Below are positions 9,105 through 17,934 of a stretch of DNA of 64,000 nt, in pieces (the stretch's first letter is position 1; each line of letters begins with the position of its first letter). The notes beneath the pieces were generated by a model. The model did no database searches, was not told the origin of the DNA, and saw only the letters and a list, made by a program, of their open reading frames with translations. This DNA comes from an uncultured Candidatus Rokubacteria bacterium. Lineage in GTDB: Bacteria > Methylomirabilota > Methylomirabilia > Rokubacteriales > CSP1-6. The stretch lies in NCBI GenBank assembly GCA_963762145.1, contig CAVXJS010000021.1:736001-800000 (forward strand), in the 5' to 3' direction. A program made the translations under genes and the position numbers.

Positions 9105-9998
9105 CTAGGCCGACGGCTCGGGGGCCGGCGGTGCGGCGAGCGCGTCCGCGCCGATCGGCCGACTCGCCGCCTCGTCGATCGCAGCCGTCCAGATGGACGC
9201 GTCCTCCTCGCTCATGCTCCCGTGCGGCAGGAGCCGCGCGTCCTCGTAGCCCCAGAGCTGCACGTCCACGAGGTACTGCGCGCGCGAGGTCAGCGGGCCC
9301 CGGCAGATGCGCCGCGCGGGGGCCTGGCGCATCTCCTGCTCGAGGATCTCGAGGCACCGCCGCATGAGCGGCTCCGGGATGCGTCGCCGCTCGGACGGGT
9401 AGATGAAACCGAACATGATCAGGTGGCTCAGGAGCACGCGCCAGTGCTGGCCGAAGCGGCGGGTCAGGCGGCTCCAGTCGATCTGCTCGGCGCGCGCGTG
9501 GATGAGGTGCGCGATGTCCGCGCCGTCGTAGCGCTCGCGCTCCATCACGTAGGCCTTGGACCAGATCGTCTCCTCGACCGGGCAGAGATGCACCGGCTGG
9601 CCCATCACGGTCGCAGGAACCGCGTGACGGAACCACTCGTCGTCCACCGGGCAGGCCGAGTTGCCCGAGCTCCAGATGACGTCGATGTGGTCGTGGTCGT
9701 CGCGCTTGATCTTGCCGAGCCAGTGCGGAAACGTGAGCTCGCTGCGGTAGCCGAGACGCCGCTCCAGATGCGCGAGCGCGCGCGGCGCGTCCCGCTCGCG
9801 CATGAACAGGTCGAGATCCTTCACCGAGCGGCCGATGCCGAGATAGCGCTCGAGGGCGTGGCCGCCGCCCACGAGGAATGGAAATCCGCCCGCGCGCAGC
9901 TCCGCGAGCACTCGGCGGTAGAAGCGGCGCGTCGCCACCGGCAGCGCGGGCCTCCGAACCGGCGCGCGGCCCGCGGGGGCCGCCACCGCCGGGGTCAT
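9105..9998 (-). CDS. Pol-beta-superfamily nucleotidyltransferase of unknown function
   Basis: FLVGGGHAL...KDLDLF (hGG...DhD) plus HIDVI third acid; ATGA coupling to metallophosphoesterase. Confidence 0.82.
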   Translation of the reverse strand: MTPAVAAPAGRAPVRRPALPVATRRFYRRVLAELRAGGFPFLVGGGHALERYLGIGRSVKDLDLFMRERDAPRALAHLERRLGYRSELTFPHWLGKIKRDDHDHIDVIWSSGNSACPVDDEWFRHAVPATVMGQPVHLCPVEETIWSKAYVMERERYDGADIAHLIHARAEQIDWSRLTRRFGQHWRVLLSHLIMFGFIYPSERRRIPEPLMRRCLEILEQEMRQAPARRICRGPLTSRAQYLVDVQLWGYEDARLLPHGSMSEEDASIWTAAIDEAASRPIGADALAAPPAPEPSA

Positions 9999-10789
9999 GC
10001 GCGAGCCCCCGCGACCGTCGTGCCGTCCGCGGGCGCGCCATGGCCAGCCGGCTCCTCGCCAACCGGGATCTCGACCACACGGAAGGGAAGCTGATCGGGG
10101 AAGCGCCGGCGCAGGAGCGGGAGCGCCACGTTGTACACCGGCACCCCCGCCGAGGTGGTGCCCTCGAGCTGGCCGCGGTGGGCGTGCCCGTGGAACACCG
10201 CATCGGGCCGGTAGCGATTGATCGGCTCCTCGAGGCGGCTCGAGCCCAGGAACGGATAGATCTCGACGGGCTCACCGTCCACGGTGGCGCCGATGGGCGC
10301 GTAATGGAGTACCGCCACGCGGCCCCGCGTGCGCAACCGGGCGAGCGCCGATTCGAGCTTGAGCGCCTCCTCGACCGCCGCGGCCACGAACGCCTTCACC
10401 GGGCCTTCGCCCCACGACTGCAGCGCGCGGGCCCCGAATCCTCCCGGGAAGCCCTTGGCCCCCGCGAAGCCCACACCCTGCACCTCGATCGCGGTGCCGT
10501 CCAGCACCGAGACGCCGGCCGCGTCGGTCAGGATCCGGGCCACCTCGTCGGGGACACCTGATTCGAAATCATGGTTGCCGAGCACCGCGACCTTCGGCAC
10601 CTTCGTCGCACTGAGTTCCTTGGCCAGGACGCGCGCCTCCTCCGGGGTGCCGTAGTCCGTGAGGTCGCCGCAGAGGACGAGCACGTCAGCGCTTTCCGCA
10701 ATCTTTGCGAAGAGGGACTGGAAGGCGCCCTCCGAGGTCCGGGTGCAGTGGAGGTCGCCGACGGCGGCGACGCGTAGCGACGGAGTCAT
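9995..10789 (-). CDS. Calcineurin-like metallophosphoesterase
   Basis: GDLH, GDLTD, GNHD, LHY, GHAH motifs. Confidence 0.92.
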   Translation of the reverse strand: MTPSLRVAAVGDLHCTRTSEGAFQSLFAKIAESADVLVLCGDLTDYGTPEEARVLAKELSATKVPKVAVLGNHDFESGVPDEVARILTDAAGVSVLDGTAIEVQGVGFAGAKGFPGGFGARALQSWGEGPVKAFVAAAVEEALKLESALARLRTRGRVAVLHYAPIGATVDGEPVEIYPFLGSSRLEEPINRYRPDAVFHGHAHRGQLEGTTSAGVPVYNVALPLLRRRFPDQLPFRVVEIPVGEEPAGHGAPADGTTVAGARA

Positions 10790-10803
10790 GAGGGGTGGGG
10801 GCT

Positions 10804-10817
10804 GCAACCCCCATGCC
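10804..10817 (-). promoter_or_regulatory. Putative sigma54 promoter for the metallophosphoesterase operon
   Basis: Minus strand CCGGGCATGGGGGTTGCA; -12 C lies 15 nt from ATG 10789. Confidence 0.68.
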
Positions 10818-10886
10818 CGGGGGCGGCCTCGCCAAACCTCGTGTTACCGGCAGGCGGCCGCGCGAAGCCACCCGGGTCGGAAGCTC

Positions 10887-11384
10887 CTACCCGGTAGATT
10901 TGCCTCGCCCCGTCCCCCCCGGCCGGGCCGTGAGCCCCGAAGCCAGGAGCGCGCCGAAGCCGAGCAGGAACAGGCCGCACCGGGCGGCGTGCGTGAACTC
11001 CCACTGATCCCGGAGCCGGGTCCAGTCGGCGGGTACGCTGGCCGGCGTCCAGGCCGCGAACGCCGCGTTCACCGGGTTGACGAGGAGCCAGAACAGCACG
11101 TGCGCCAGCACCAGGCACGCGGCCCCCGCCGCCGCCCAGCGACGCGCGGCGACGGGTGATGTGCGCGACCTTGCAAGACCGGCAGCCCAGATCACCGCCA
11201 GGGCGACGGCGCCGACCTCGATCACCGCGCCGACGATCGCGAAGTAGCGATAGAGCGTATGGGTGACGGTCACGTAGAGCGCCGGATCATACGTGCGACG
11301 GACCGGCATCTCGAGCACGTGCGCGAGCGGCGCGCCGATCGCCAGCGCAGCGAGCAGCAGGGTGATGAAGGCCAGGGCGACCAT
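10887..11384 (-). CDS. DUF1772 / anthrone-oxygenase-family membrane protein
   Basis: AHVLEMP, VNPVN, W...RDQWEFTH..R motifs; 4 TM. Confidence 0.8.
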   Translation of the reverse strand: MVALAFITLLLAALAIGAPLAHVLEMPVRRTYDPALYVTVTHTLYRYFAIVGAVIEVGAVALAVIWAAGLARSRTSPVAARRWAAAGAACLVLAHVLFWLLVNPVNAAFAAWTPASVPADWTRLRDQWEFTHAARCGLFLLGFGALLASGLTARPGGTGRGKSTG

Positions 11385-11398
11385 GGCCGCTGTTGACA

Positions 11399-11412
11399 GC
11401 AACCGCGGTGCC
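11399..11412 (-). promoter_or_regulatory. Putative sigma54 promoter (consensus match) for DUF1772 gene
   Basis: Minus strand CTGGCACCGCGGTTGCT; 15 nt to ATG 11384. Confidence 0.78.
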
Positions 11413-11447
11413 AGCCGGATCGGGTCGTCCCGACCGGGTCTCCCCCT

Positions 11448-11461
11448 GGCAGCGGGCTTGC
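11448..11461 (+). promoter_or_regulatory. Putative sigma54 promoter for the secreted protein at 11476
   Basis: CTGGCAGCGGGCTTGCA; 15 nt to ATG 11476. Confidence 0.75.
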
Positions 11462-11475
11462 AGATCAATTCGGTC

Positions 11476-12303
11476 ATGCGAAGCGCGCGCACATGGCACG
11501 GAGGTCTGCTGATCGGGCTTGGTCTCGTCCTGTCCCTCGCGTCCGTCGCTCCGGACGCCCTGGCCGGGCCGGTGGCGGTGCGCTACACGGAAGGCGTCAC
11601 CCACGGTTTTCTGACCCTCCGCTCGACCGCCGGCGACCTGCTGGCCGACGGCGACCTGCTGCAGGTCGTTCGCCCCGAGGGCGTGGATTCGCGCCTCGTG
11701 TTCCGCTTCAAGGACGGCTCGCTCTACGACGAGACCGTGGTGTTCACGCAGAACAAGGTGTTCACCCTCATGAGCTATCGCCTCGTGCAGCGCGGACCGA
11801 GCTTTCCCGACGCGATGGAGATCGCGGTGACCCGCGAGGGCGAGGGTAAGGGCCGCTACAAGGTCACGTCACGGCGCGCGGGCGGCGAGGCGGAGACCGT
11901 GACCGGCGAGATGGATCTGCCGTCCGACGTCTACAACGGCATGTTCATCATGCTGCTCAAGAACCTGCCGAAGGCCACGGCCGAGACGGTCCACGTGCTC
12001 GCGTTCACGCCGAAGCCGACCCTCCTCCAGGTCGAGCTCACCCCGCAGGCCGGGGAGACGGTCCTGGCGGGCGACCGCCGGGTCCCGGCCACCCACTTCG
12101 TGCTCAAGCCGAAGCTCGGGTTGGTGCGCGGCGCGGCGGCCGCGCTGTTGGGAAAGACCCCGCCCGACTATCACTGCTGGATCACGACCGCCGACCTGCC
12201 CGCGTTCGTGGCGATCGACGGCCCGCTCTACACCGGCGGCCCCATCTGGCGGTTCGAGACGACGAGCCCGCGGGGCCCGGAGCGGCCGGCGGCGGGCCGC
12301 TGA
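11476..12303 (+). CDS. Secreted hypothetical protein (beta-rich)
   Basis: Signal peptide ending ALA-G; GC3-rich codon usage; start reassigned to ATG 11476. Confidence 0.8.
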   Translation: MRSARTWHGGLLIGLGLVLSLASVAPDALAGPVAVRYTEGVTHGFLTLRSTAGDLLADGDLLQVVRPEGVDSRLVFRFKDGSLYDETVVFTQNKVFTLMSYRLVQRGPSFPDAMEIAVTREGEGKGRYKVTSRRAGGEAETVTGEMDLPSDVYNGMFIMLLKNLPKATAETVHVLAFTPKPTLLQVELTPQAGETVLAGDRRVPATHFVLKPKLGLVRGAAAALLGKTPPDYHCWITTADLPAFVAIDGPLYTGGPIWRFETTSPRGPERPAAGR

Positions 12304-12310
12304 TCGGGTC

Positions 12311-15300
12311 TCAGGCCGCGCCGCGCCGTCCGGCCGCGGCGAGCCCGGCCGCGATGTCGATGAGGCGGGCCGGATCCACCGGCTTCGAGAGGTGCGCGTC
12401 GAAGCCGGCCGCGAGGGCGCGGCGCGTGTCCTCCTCGCTCGCGTACGCGGTCAACGCGATCGCGGGCAGCCGCCGGCCCAGGCCTTCCTCCATCGCCCGC
12501 AGGCGCCGCACCAGGACGTAGCCGTCCTCGACCGGCATGCCGATGTCGCTGATCAGGAGATCGGGCCGCTCGTCCCGGATCGCGTCGAGGGCCTGGGCGG
12601 CCGAATCAGCGACCCGCACCTGCGCCCCGCCGCGCTCGAGCATGAAGCGCATCACCTCGCGGGCGTCGGCCTCGTCGTCCACGATGAGCAGGCGCAGGCC
12701 CGAGAGGCTCTGGCGCACCGGCCCGTCGGTGCTCACCGCGGCGGGCGCGCGCTCGGCGTCGCGGACCGCGGCCGCCACCGGCAGGTGCACGCTGAACGTC
12801 GCGCCCTGCCCCTCGCCCTCGCTCTGCACCGTCACGCTGCCCCCGTGGAGCTCGACGAGATGCCGGACGATGGCCAGGCCGAGCCCGAGGCCGCCGTAGG
12901 CGCGGTTGGTGCTGCTCTCGGCCTGGCGGAAGCGCTCGAACACGTGGGGCAGGAACTCGCGCTTGATGCCCGCCCCGGTGTCGGCCACCGTGAGCATCAC
13001 GTCCGAGTTGCGCCCGGCCACCGACACGGTCACCCGCCCGCCCTTCGGCGTGAACTTGATCCCGTTCGAGAGCAGGTTCCAGAGCACCTGCTGCAGCCGG
13101 TCCGGATCGCCCATCACCGCGGGCAGCTCTGGCTCGATCCGCGTCTCGAGCGTCACGTTCTTGGCGAGCGCGGCGGGCTCCACCGCCTCCATCGCCGCGC
13201 GCACCACCGCGGGCAGGCGAACCGGGCGGGCCTGCAGCCGCAGCTTCCCGGTGACGATGCGCGACACGTCGAGGAGATCCTCGATGAGCTGGCCGAGCGT
13301 CTTGGTGCTCCGCTCGATGGCGTCTAGCGCGCGCTCCGCGCTCGCCGGATCGAGATTGGGCGAGCGCAACAGGTAGGCCCAGTTCAGCAGGGGCTGGAGC
13401 GGGCTGCGCAGCTCGTGCGACAGGGTGGCCAGGAACTCGTCCTTGGTCCGGCTCGCGCTCTCCGCCTCCGCGCGCATCTGGTGCTCGTGGGCCAGCATGC
13501 GCATGTTGTGGATGGCGATGGCCGCGTACTCCGCGAGCTGGCGCAGGACGGTCTCGGTGCGGTCGTTGAACGGCTTCGCGGTGCGCCGGTGCACGTAGAG
13601 CAGTCCCTCGACGCGGCCCTCCACCATGATCGGCACCACCAGGGTGGCCACGAGATCCTCGAGCTCGACGATGTCTCCGCGGGCTCGCGTGATCCGCGGG
13701 TCCACCGCCATGTTGTCGCTGCGGAACGGGTGGCCCGACTCGAGCACGAGCCCGCCCGCGCCGAAGCCCGGCTCGACCACCAGGCGCTCCGACGCGCCCC
13801 GGTACTCGCCGGCTCGGTTCCGCATGACGATGGAGCCGCTCTCCGTCTCGCGGAGGGCCACGCTGGTGAGATCGCACCGGCAGAGCTCCTTGGCGCCGTC
13901 CACCACGCGCTGCAGGACGGTGGACACGTCCTGGGCGGTGTTCAGCGAGCGGGCCAGCGCGGCCAGGACCTCCGCCTCGCGCCGCTGCCGACCCGCTTCG
14001 ACGAAGAGGATCGCGTTCTCGACCGCGACCGCGGCCTGCACCGCGAGACCCTCGAAGCCCGCGAAGTCCTCGAGCCGGAACGGGACGTCCTTGCGCCGGG
14101 CCGCCACCAGCACGCCCAGGAGCCGGTCTCGGCTCACGAGGGGCTGCGCCATCGCGTGGCGCACCCCGAGACGGACCACCTCCGGGAGCGCGTAGGGCGA
14201 ATTCGGGTAGTCGTTGACGAGCAGCGCGCGGCGCTCGCTCGCGCAGCTCGCGACCATCCCGCCCGCGGCCGGGAACGGGGCCTCCGACTCCGGCTCGGCC
14301 CGGCCCCAGACCCGGCCGAGGGACTGGCTGTCCTCGTCGAAGAGATAGGCGAAGCCGGCGCCCTCGAACAGCCGCCCCGCCCGCTCCACGATCATGCCGA
14401 GGAGACGGTCCAGGTCGAGCTCGGCGCTGAGATCGCGCTGCACGGTGGCGAGGGCCTCGAGCTGCTCGCGGCGTGATGTCTCGAGGGCGAAGAGCCGCGC
14501 CTTCTCGAGCGCGACGGCGGCCTGGTTGGCGAAGTCCTGCAGCCGCCGGATCTCGTCCGCCCCGAAGGTGCGGCCCGTCGTGTCCCCGACCGCGAGCACG
14601 CCGGTGATCAGGCCTCCGATCGCCAGGGGCACCGCGAGCACCGAGCCGTGGCCCGACTTCTCGACCAGCGCGCGCGTCTCGGGGGTCAAGGTGAGACGGG
14701 GATCGGTCAGGACATCGGGCGTCGAGACCGGGCGGCCCTCGGTCACCGCGAAGCCGGCGAGCATCTGGCCTCGTGGAATCCGGGTCCCCGGGGGAAACGG
14801 GCCCCCTTCGCCCGAGGTCGCAACCACCACGAGCTGATGCGTCACGTGATCGAGCTCCCACAGCGCGGACAAGGTCCCGCCGAGCAGGCCCCGGGTGGCC
14901 TCCGCGATGTGACGGCCCACGCTCCCGGCGTCGAGCGACTGCACGAGCGCCTCGCCCACCGCCGAGAGCGCCGCCGCGTCGCGCCGGGCCGCTCGCTCGC
15001 GCGCGAGGACGTCCGCCTGATCGCGCTCGATCGCGCGCCGCTCGGTCAGATCGCGGAATACCAGCACCACGCCCACCGTCTGTCCGGCGCGATCCCGGAT
15101 GGGGTCCGCGCCGCCCGCGATCGTGTGCTCGGCACCGCCGCGGCGCACGAGCAGGACGCCGGCGGGCAGCGCCGCCGTCCGGTGCTCGCGGAGCGCGCGC
15201 GCGGCCGGGCTCTCGGCCGGCGACCGGGTCTCCTCGTCGACAAGGCCGAAGACGGTCGCGAGGGCGCGGCCGCGGGCCTCGGCCGCCGGCCATCCGGTGA

Positions 15301-15760
15301 GCCGCTCCGCCGCCGCGTTCATGAACGTGATGCGCTCGGCGCGGTCGGTCACGACGACCGCGTCCCCGATGCTCGCGAGCGTGACCGCCATCTCCTCCTG
15401 CTGCGCGAGCGCGTGATCCTCGGCCCGGCGGCGCCCGGCGGCCAGCAGGCTGATGGCGACCGCCACGAGCACGAAGATGAGGAGACGGAGGAGGTCGTCG
15501 CCATAGGGCGCCTTGATGAAGATCAGGTGCCCAACGATCGAGACGGCGGTGGCCGCGAGCCCCGGGCCCAGACCTCCGTACCAGGCGCCGACGACCACCG
15601 CGGCCAGGAGCAGGACGAGCTGCGATCGCTCGGCCAGCGCCACGGACAGGTAGCTGCACGCGAGGGCCACGCCGACCGCCAGCAGGGCGGCGCCGTAGGC
15701 GTTGCGAGACTTCGCCGAGCGGAGAGCAAGCACGTCGAATCGAACCGCGGGCCGCTGCAT
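12311..15760 (-). CDS. Hybrid histidine kinase: DUF4118-like TM, PAS, three GAF, HisKA, HATPase, receiver
   Basis: TLASIGDAV PAS, three GAF repeats ending QAAVA(L/V)E / YAAIAIHN, SHELRSPL, SDIGMP; start ATG 15760 (or 15784). Confidence 0.92.
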   Translation of the reverse strand: MQRPAVRFDVLALRSAKSRNAYGAALLAVGVALACSYLSVALAERSQLVLLLAAVVVGAWYGGLGPGLAATAVSIVGHLIFIKAPYGDDLLRLLIFVLVAVAISLLAAGRRRAEDHALAQQEEMAVTLASIGDAVVVTDRAERITFMNAAAERLTGWPAAEARGRALATVFGLVDEETRSPAESPAARALREHRTAALPAGVLLVRRGGAEHTIAGGADPIRDRAGQTVGVVLVFRDLTERRAIERDQADVLARERAARRDAAALSAVGEALVQSLDAGSVGRHIAEATRGLLGGTLSALWELDHVTHQLVVVATSGEGGPFPPGTRIPRGQMLAGFAVTEGRPVSTPDVLTDPRLTLTPETRALVEKSGHGSVLAVPLAIGGLITGVLAVGDTTGRTFGADEIRRLQDFANQAAVALEKARLFALETSRREQLEALATVQRDLSAELDLDRLLGMIVERAGRLFEGAGFAYLFDEDSQSLGRVWGRAEPESEAPFPAAGGMVASCASERRALLVNDYPNSPYALPEVVRLGVRHAMAQPLVSRDRLLGVLVAARRKDVPFRLEDFAGFEGLAVQAAVAVENAILFVEAGRQRREAEVLAALARSLNTAQDVSTVLQRVVDGAKELCRCDLTSVALRETESGSIVMRNRAGEYRGASERLVVEPGFGAGGLVLESGHPFRSDNMAVDPRITRARGDIVELEDLVATLVVPIMVEGRVEGLLYVHRRTAKPFNDRTETVLRQLAEYAAIAIHNMRMLAHEHQMRAEAESASRTKDEFLATLSHELRSPLQPLLNWAYLLRSPNLDPASAERALDAIERSTKTLGQLIEDLLDVSRIVTGKLRLQARPVRLPAVVRAAMEAVEPAALAKNVTLETRIEPELPAVMGDPDRLQQVLWNLLSNGIKFTPKGGRVTVSVAGRNSDVMLTVADTGAGIKREFLPHVFERFRQAESSTNRAYGGLGLGLAIVRHLVELHGGSVTVQSEGEGQGATFSVHLPVAAAVRDAERAPAAVSTDGPVRQSLSGLRLLIVDDEADAREVMRFMLERGGAQVRVADSAAQALDAIRDERPDLLISDIGMPVEDGYVLVRRLRAMEEGLGRRLPAIALTAYASEEDTRRALAAGFDAHLSKPVDPARLIDIAAGLAAAGRRGAA

Positions 15761-15818
15761 CTCGTCAGGCTCCCGCCATATCATACTCTCGGGGCGCGGC
15801 CCGGAACGTGCTGAGAAC

Positions 15819-15832
15819 GCAATGGCCGTGCC
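15819..15832 (-). promoter_or_regulatory. Putative sigma54 promoter for the multi-GAF kinase
   Basis: Minus strand TCGGGCACGGCCATTGCG. Confidence 0.62.
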
Positions 15833-15951
15833 CGATCTCGGGCCGGCGCAACGGCGTGGTTTCTTGGCGCTTGTCGCACCGTGTCGCGCGCGGACCCGGT
15901 CTCGACAGGTAAGTTAAACCCGGTAAGGTTCGATCCGGCTCGGAGGAGCGA

Positions 15952-16056
15952 ATGAGAGACACGGTTTGGCTGATCGTGGCGATCGTGGCCCTGGTGCTCA
16001 CGGTCGTCGGCTGGATCGCCCGCGAGCGCTGGATCATCCGGCGGCGGCGGCGTTGA
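15952..16056 (+). CDS. 34-aa single-TM microprotein MRDTVWLIVAIVALVLTVVGWIARERWIIRRRRR (absent from ORF track)
   Basis: Strong SD GGAGGAG; TM helix plus poly-Arg tail; TCGACA-N16-TAAGGT promoter-like sequence upstream; hairpin right after the stop. Confidence 0.72.
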   Translation: MRDTVWLIVAIVALVLTVVGWIARERWIIRRRRR

Positions 16057-16084
16057 CGCCCTTGCGCGCTCGCGCGCAAGGGCG
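16057..16084. terminator. 13-bp perfect inverted repeat after the microprotein stop (terminator-like or operator)
   Basis: CGCCCTTGCGCGC-TC-GCGCGCAAGGGCG; no U-tract. Confidence 0.45.
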
Positions 16085-16141
16085 GTAGCCTACGCAGGGC
16101 CCCGCGGCGTGGGGATCGAGGCCGCGGGCCGGGGGGAATTC

Positions 16142-17185
16142 ATGGGCGTTCAGAAGGCGCGGATCGGCATCATCGGGGCCGGAGCCATCGGCTGCGTGGT
16201 GGGCGGCCTGCTGGCGAAAGCCGGCCACGACGTGACCCTGGCCGATCCGTGGCCGGAGCACGTCGAGCAGATCAAGAGCAGCGGGCTGCGACTCTCCGGG
16301 AGCTGCGGCGAGCACGTGGTGCCGGTGCGGGCCCTGAGCCTGGGGGAGTGGAGTCAGGTGCGCGAGCCGTTCGAGGCGGTGTTCGTCGCCGTGAAGTCCT
16401 ACGACACGGAGTGGGCCACCCAGATGGCGGTGGATCGCCTGCGGATTCCCGACGGCGTGGTGGTGGATTTCCAGAACGGCATCAACGATCATCGCGTGGC
16501 CGCGGTGGCGGGGCGCGAGCGCACCCTCGGCTGCGTCATCCTCATCAGCGCCGGCATGTACGAGCCGGCCCACGCCATCCGCACCGATCGCGGCAACGCC
16601 GCCTTCAAGATCGGCGAGCACGACGGCACCGACTCGCCTCGCGCCCGCCGGATCGCCGCGATCATGAGCGAGGTCGCGCCCGCGGTGGTGACGACCAACC
16701 TGTGGGGCGAGCGCTGGTCGAAGCTCGCGCTCAATTGCATGCTGAACCCGCTCGCGGGCCTGAGCGGGCTCGGCACCGCCGAGGTACGGTCGGACCCGCA
16801 GTCGCGCCGCGTGGCCGCGCAGATCGGGGCCGAGGTGGTGCGGGTCGGGACCGCGCTCGGTCACCGCGTCGAGTCCATCCTGGGCATCGAGGCGAAGCGC
16901 TTCGCGGACGCCGCGGGCGCGAGCGACATCGAGACGCTCGGCCGCGAGATCGCGGCGGACGCGCAGAGCCGGAGCGGGGGCCGGCCGTCGCTGCTCCAGG
17001 ACGTGATGAAGGGCCGTCGCACCGAGATCGACTACCTCAACGGCTTCGTCGCCCGCGAGGGCCGCAACGCCGGCATTCCCACGCCCTTCAACGACGCGGT
17101 GGTCGCCGCCTTCCACGCGCACGGCGTCGGGCAGCTCAAGCCCGATCCCCGCAACCTCGAGCCCCTGGTCCGCCTCCTGGCCTAG
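16142..17185 (+). CDS. Ketopantoate reductase (PanE/ApbA) family protein
   Basis: GAGAIG, VAVKSYD, FQNG, WSKL..N, SLLQD, TEIDYLNG. Confidence 0.9.
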   Translation: MGVQKARIGIIGAGAIGCVVGGLLAKAGHDVTLADPWPEHVEQIKSSGLRLSGSCGEHVVPVRALSLGEWSQVREPFEAVFVAVKSYDTEWATQMAVDRLRIPDGVVVDFQNGINDHRVAAVAGRERTLGCVILISAGMYEPAHAIRTDRGNAAFKIGEHDGTDSPRARRIAAIMSEVAPAVVTTNLWGERWSKLALNCMLNPLAGLSGLGTAEVRSDPQSRRVAAQIGAEVVRVGTALGHRVESILGIEAKRFADAAGASDIETLGREIAADAQSRSGGRPSLLQDVMKGRRTEIDYLNGFVAREGRNAGIPTPFNDAVVAAFHAHGVGQLKPDPRNLEPLVRLLA

Positions 17186-17208
17186 CCCGGGCCCCCTTCG
17201 ATCTCGTA

Positions 17209-17934
17209 GTGGAGCTGCTGTTCGTCCTCGGTGTCGGTCTGGCCGCCGGCACCATCAGCGGCATCGTGGGCTTCGGCTCGTCCATCATGCTGATGCCCGT
17301 GCTGGTGATCGTGTTCGGGCCGCTCCACGCGGTGCCGATCATGGCCATCGCGGCGATCCTGGCCAACCTGTCGCGGGTGCTGATCTGGTGGCGGGAGGTG
17401 GACTGGCGCGCGGTGGCGGCCTACTCGGCCACCGGCGTGCCCGCGGCGGCGCTCGGCGCGCGGACCCTGCTCGTGCTGCCGCCGCGCCTGATCGAGTGCG
17501 CCCTCGGCGTCTTCTTCCTGCTCATGATCCCGGCGCGGCGCTGGCTCGCCGCCCGCGGCTTCCGCCTGCGGCTGCCGCACCTGCTGGTGCTCGGCGCGGG
17601 GATCGGCTTCCTGACCGGCATCGTGGTCACCACCGGCCCGATCACCGCGCCGATCTTCCTCGCCTGCGGGCTGGTGAAGGGCGCGTTCATCGCCACCGAG
17701 GCCGCGGCGTCGCTCGCCGTCTACGGGAGCAAGACCGCGGTGTTCCGCCACTTCGGGGCCCTGCCGCTGCCGGTCATCACGCAGGGCCTCATCACCGGCG
17801 CCTCGCTCATGGTCGGCGCCTGGATCGCCAAGCGCTTCGTCCTCCGCCTCGACCCCGACCGCTTCCGCCTCCTGATGGACGCCCTGATGCTCCTCTCCGG
17901 CCTCGCGATGCTCTACTTTGGGGTCAGGTCTTGA
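17209..17934 (+). CDS. Sulfite exporter TauE/SafE family protein
   Basis: GTISGIVGFGSSIMLMP; multi-TM; stop codon lies inside the palindromic element. Confidence 0.88.
   Translation: MELLFVLGVGLAAGTISGIVGFGSSIMLMPVLVIVFGPLHAVPIMAIAAILANLSRVLIWWREVDWRAVAAYSATGVPAAALGARTLLVLPPRLIECALGVFFLLMIPARRWLAARGFRLRLPHLLVLGAGIGFLTGIVVTTGPITAPIFLACGLVKGAFIATEAAASLAVYGSKTAVFRHFGALPLPVITQGLITGASLMVGAWIAKRFVLRLDPDRFRLLMDALMLLSGLAMLYFGVRS

Noticed and set aside
9105-9998. Nucleotidyltransferase as a CBASS CD-NTase or MNT-HEPN antitoxin
   Set aside because: No Cap effectors, E1/E2/JAB or HEPN partner, and host-typical codon usage; kept only as an unknown NTase-MPE pair.
11494-11510. TGGCACGGAGGTCTGCT as another sigma54 promoter
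   Set aside because: GG-GC spacing is 11 rather than 10, it lies inside a CDS, and there is no suitable downstream start.
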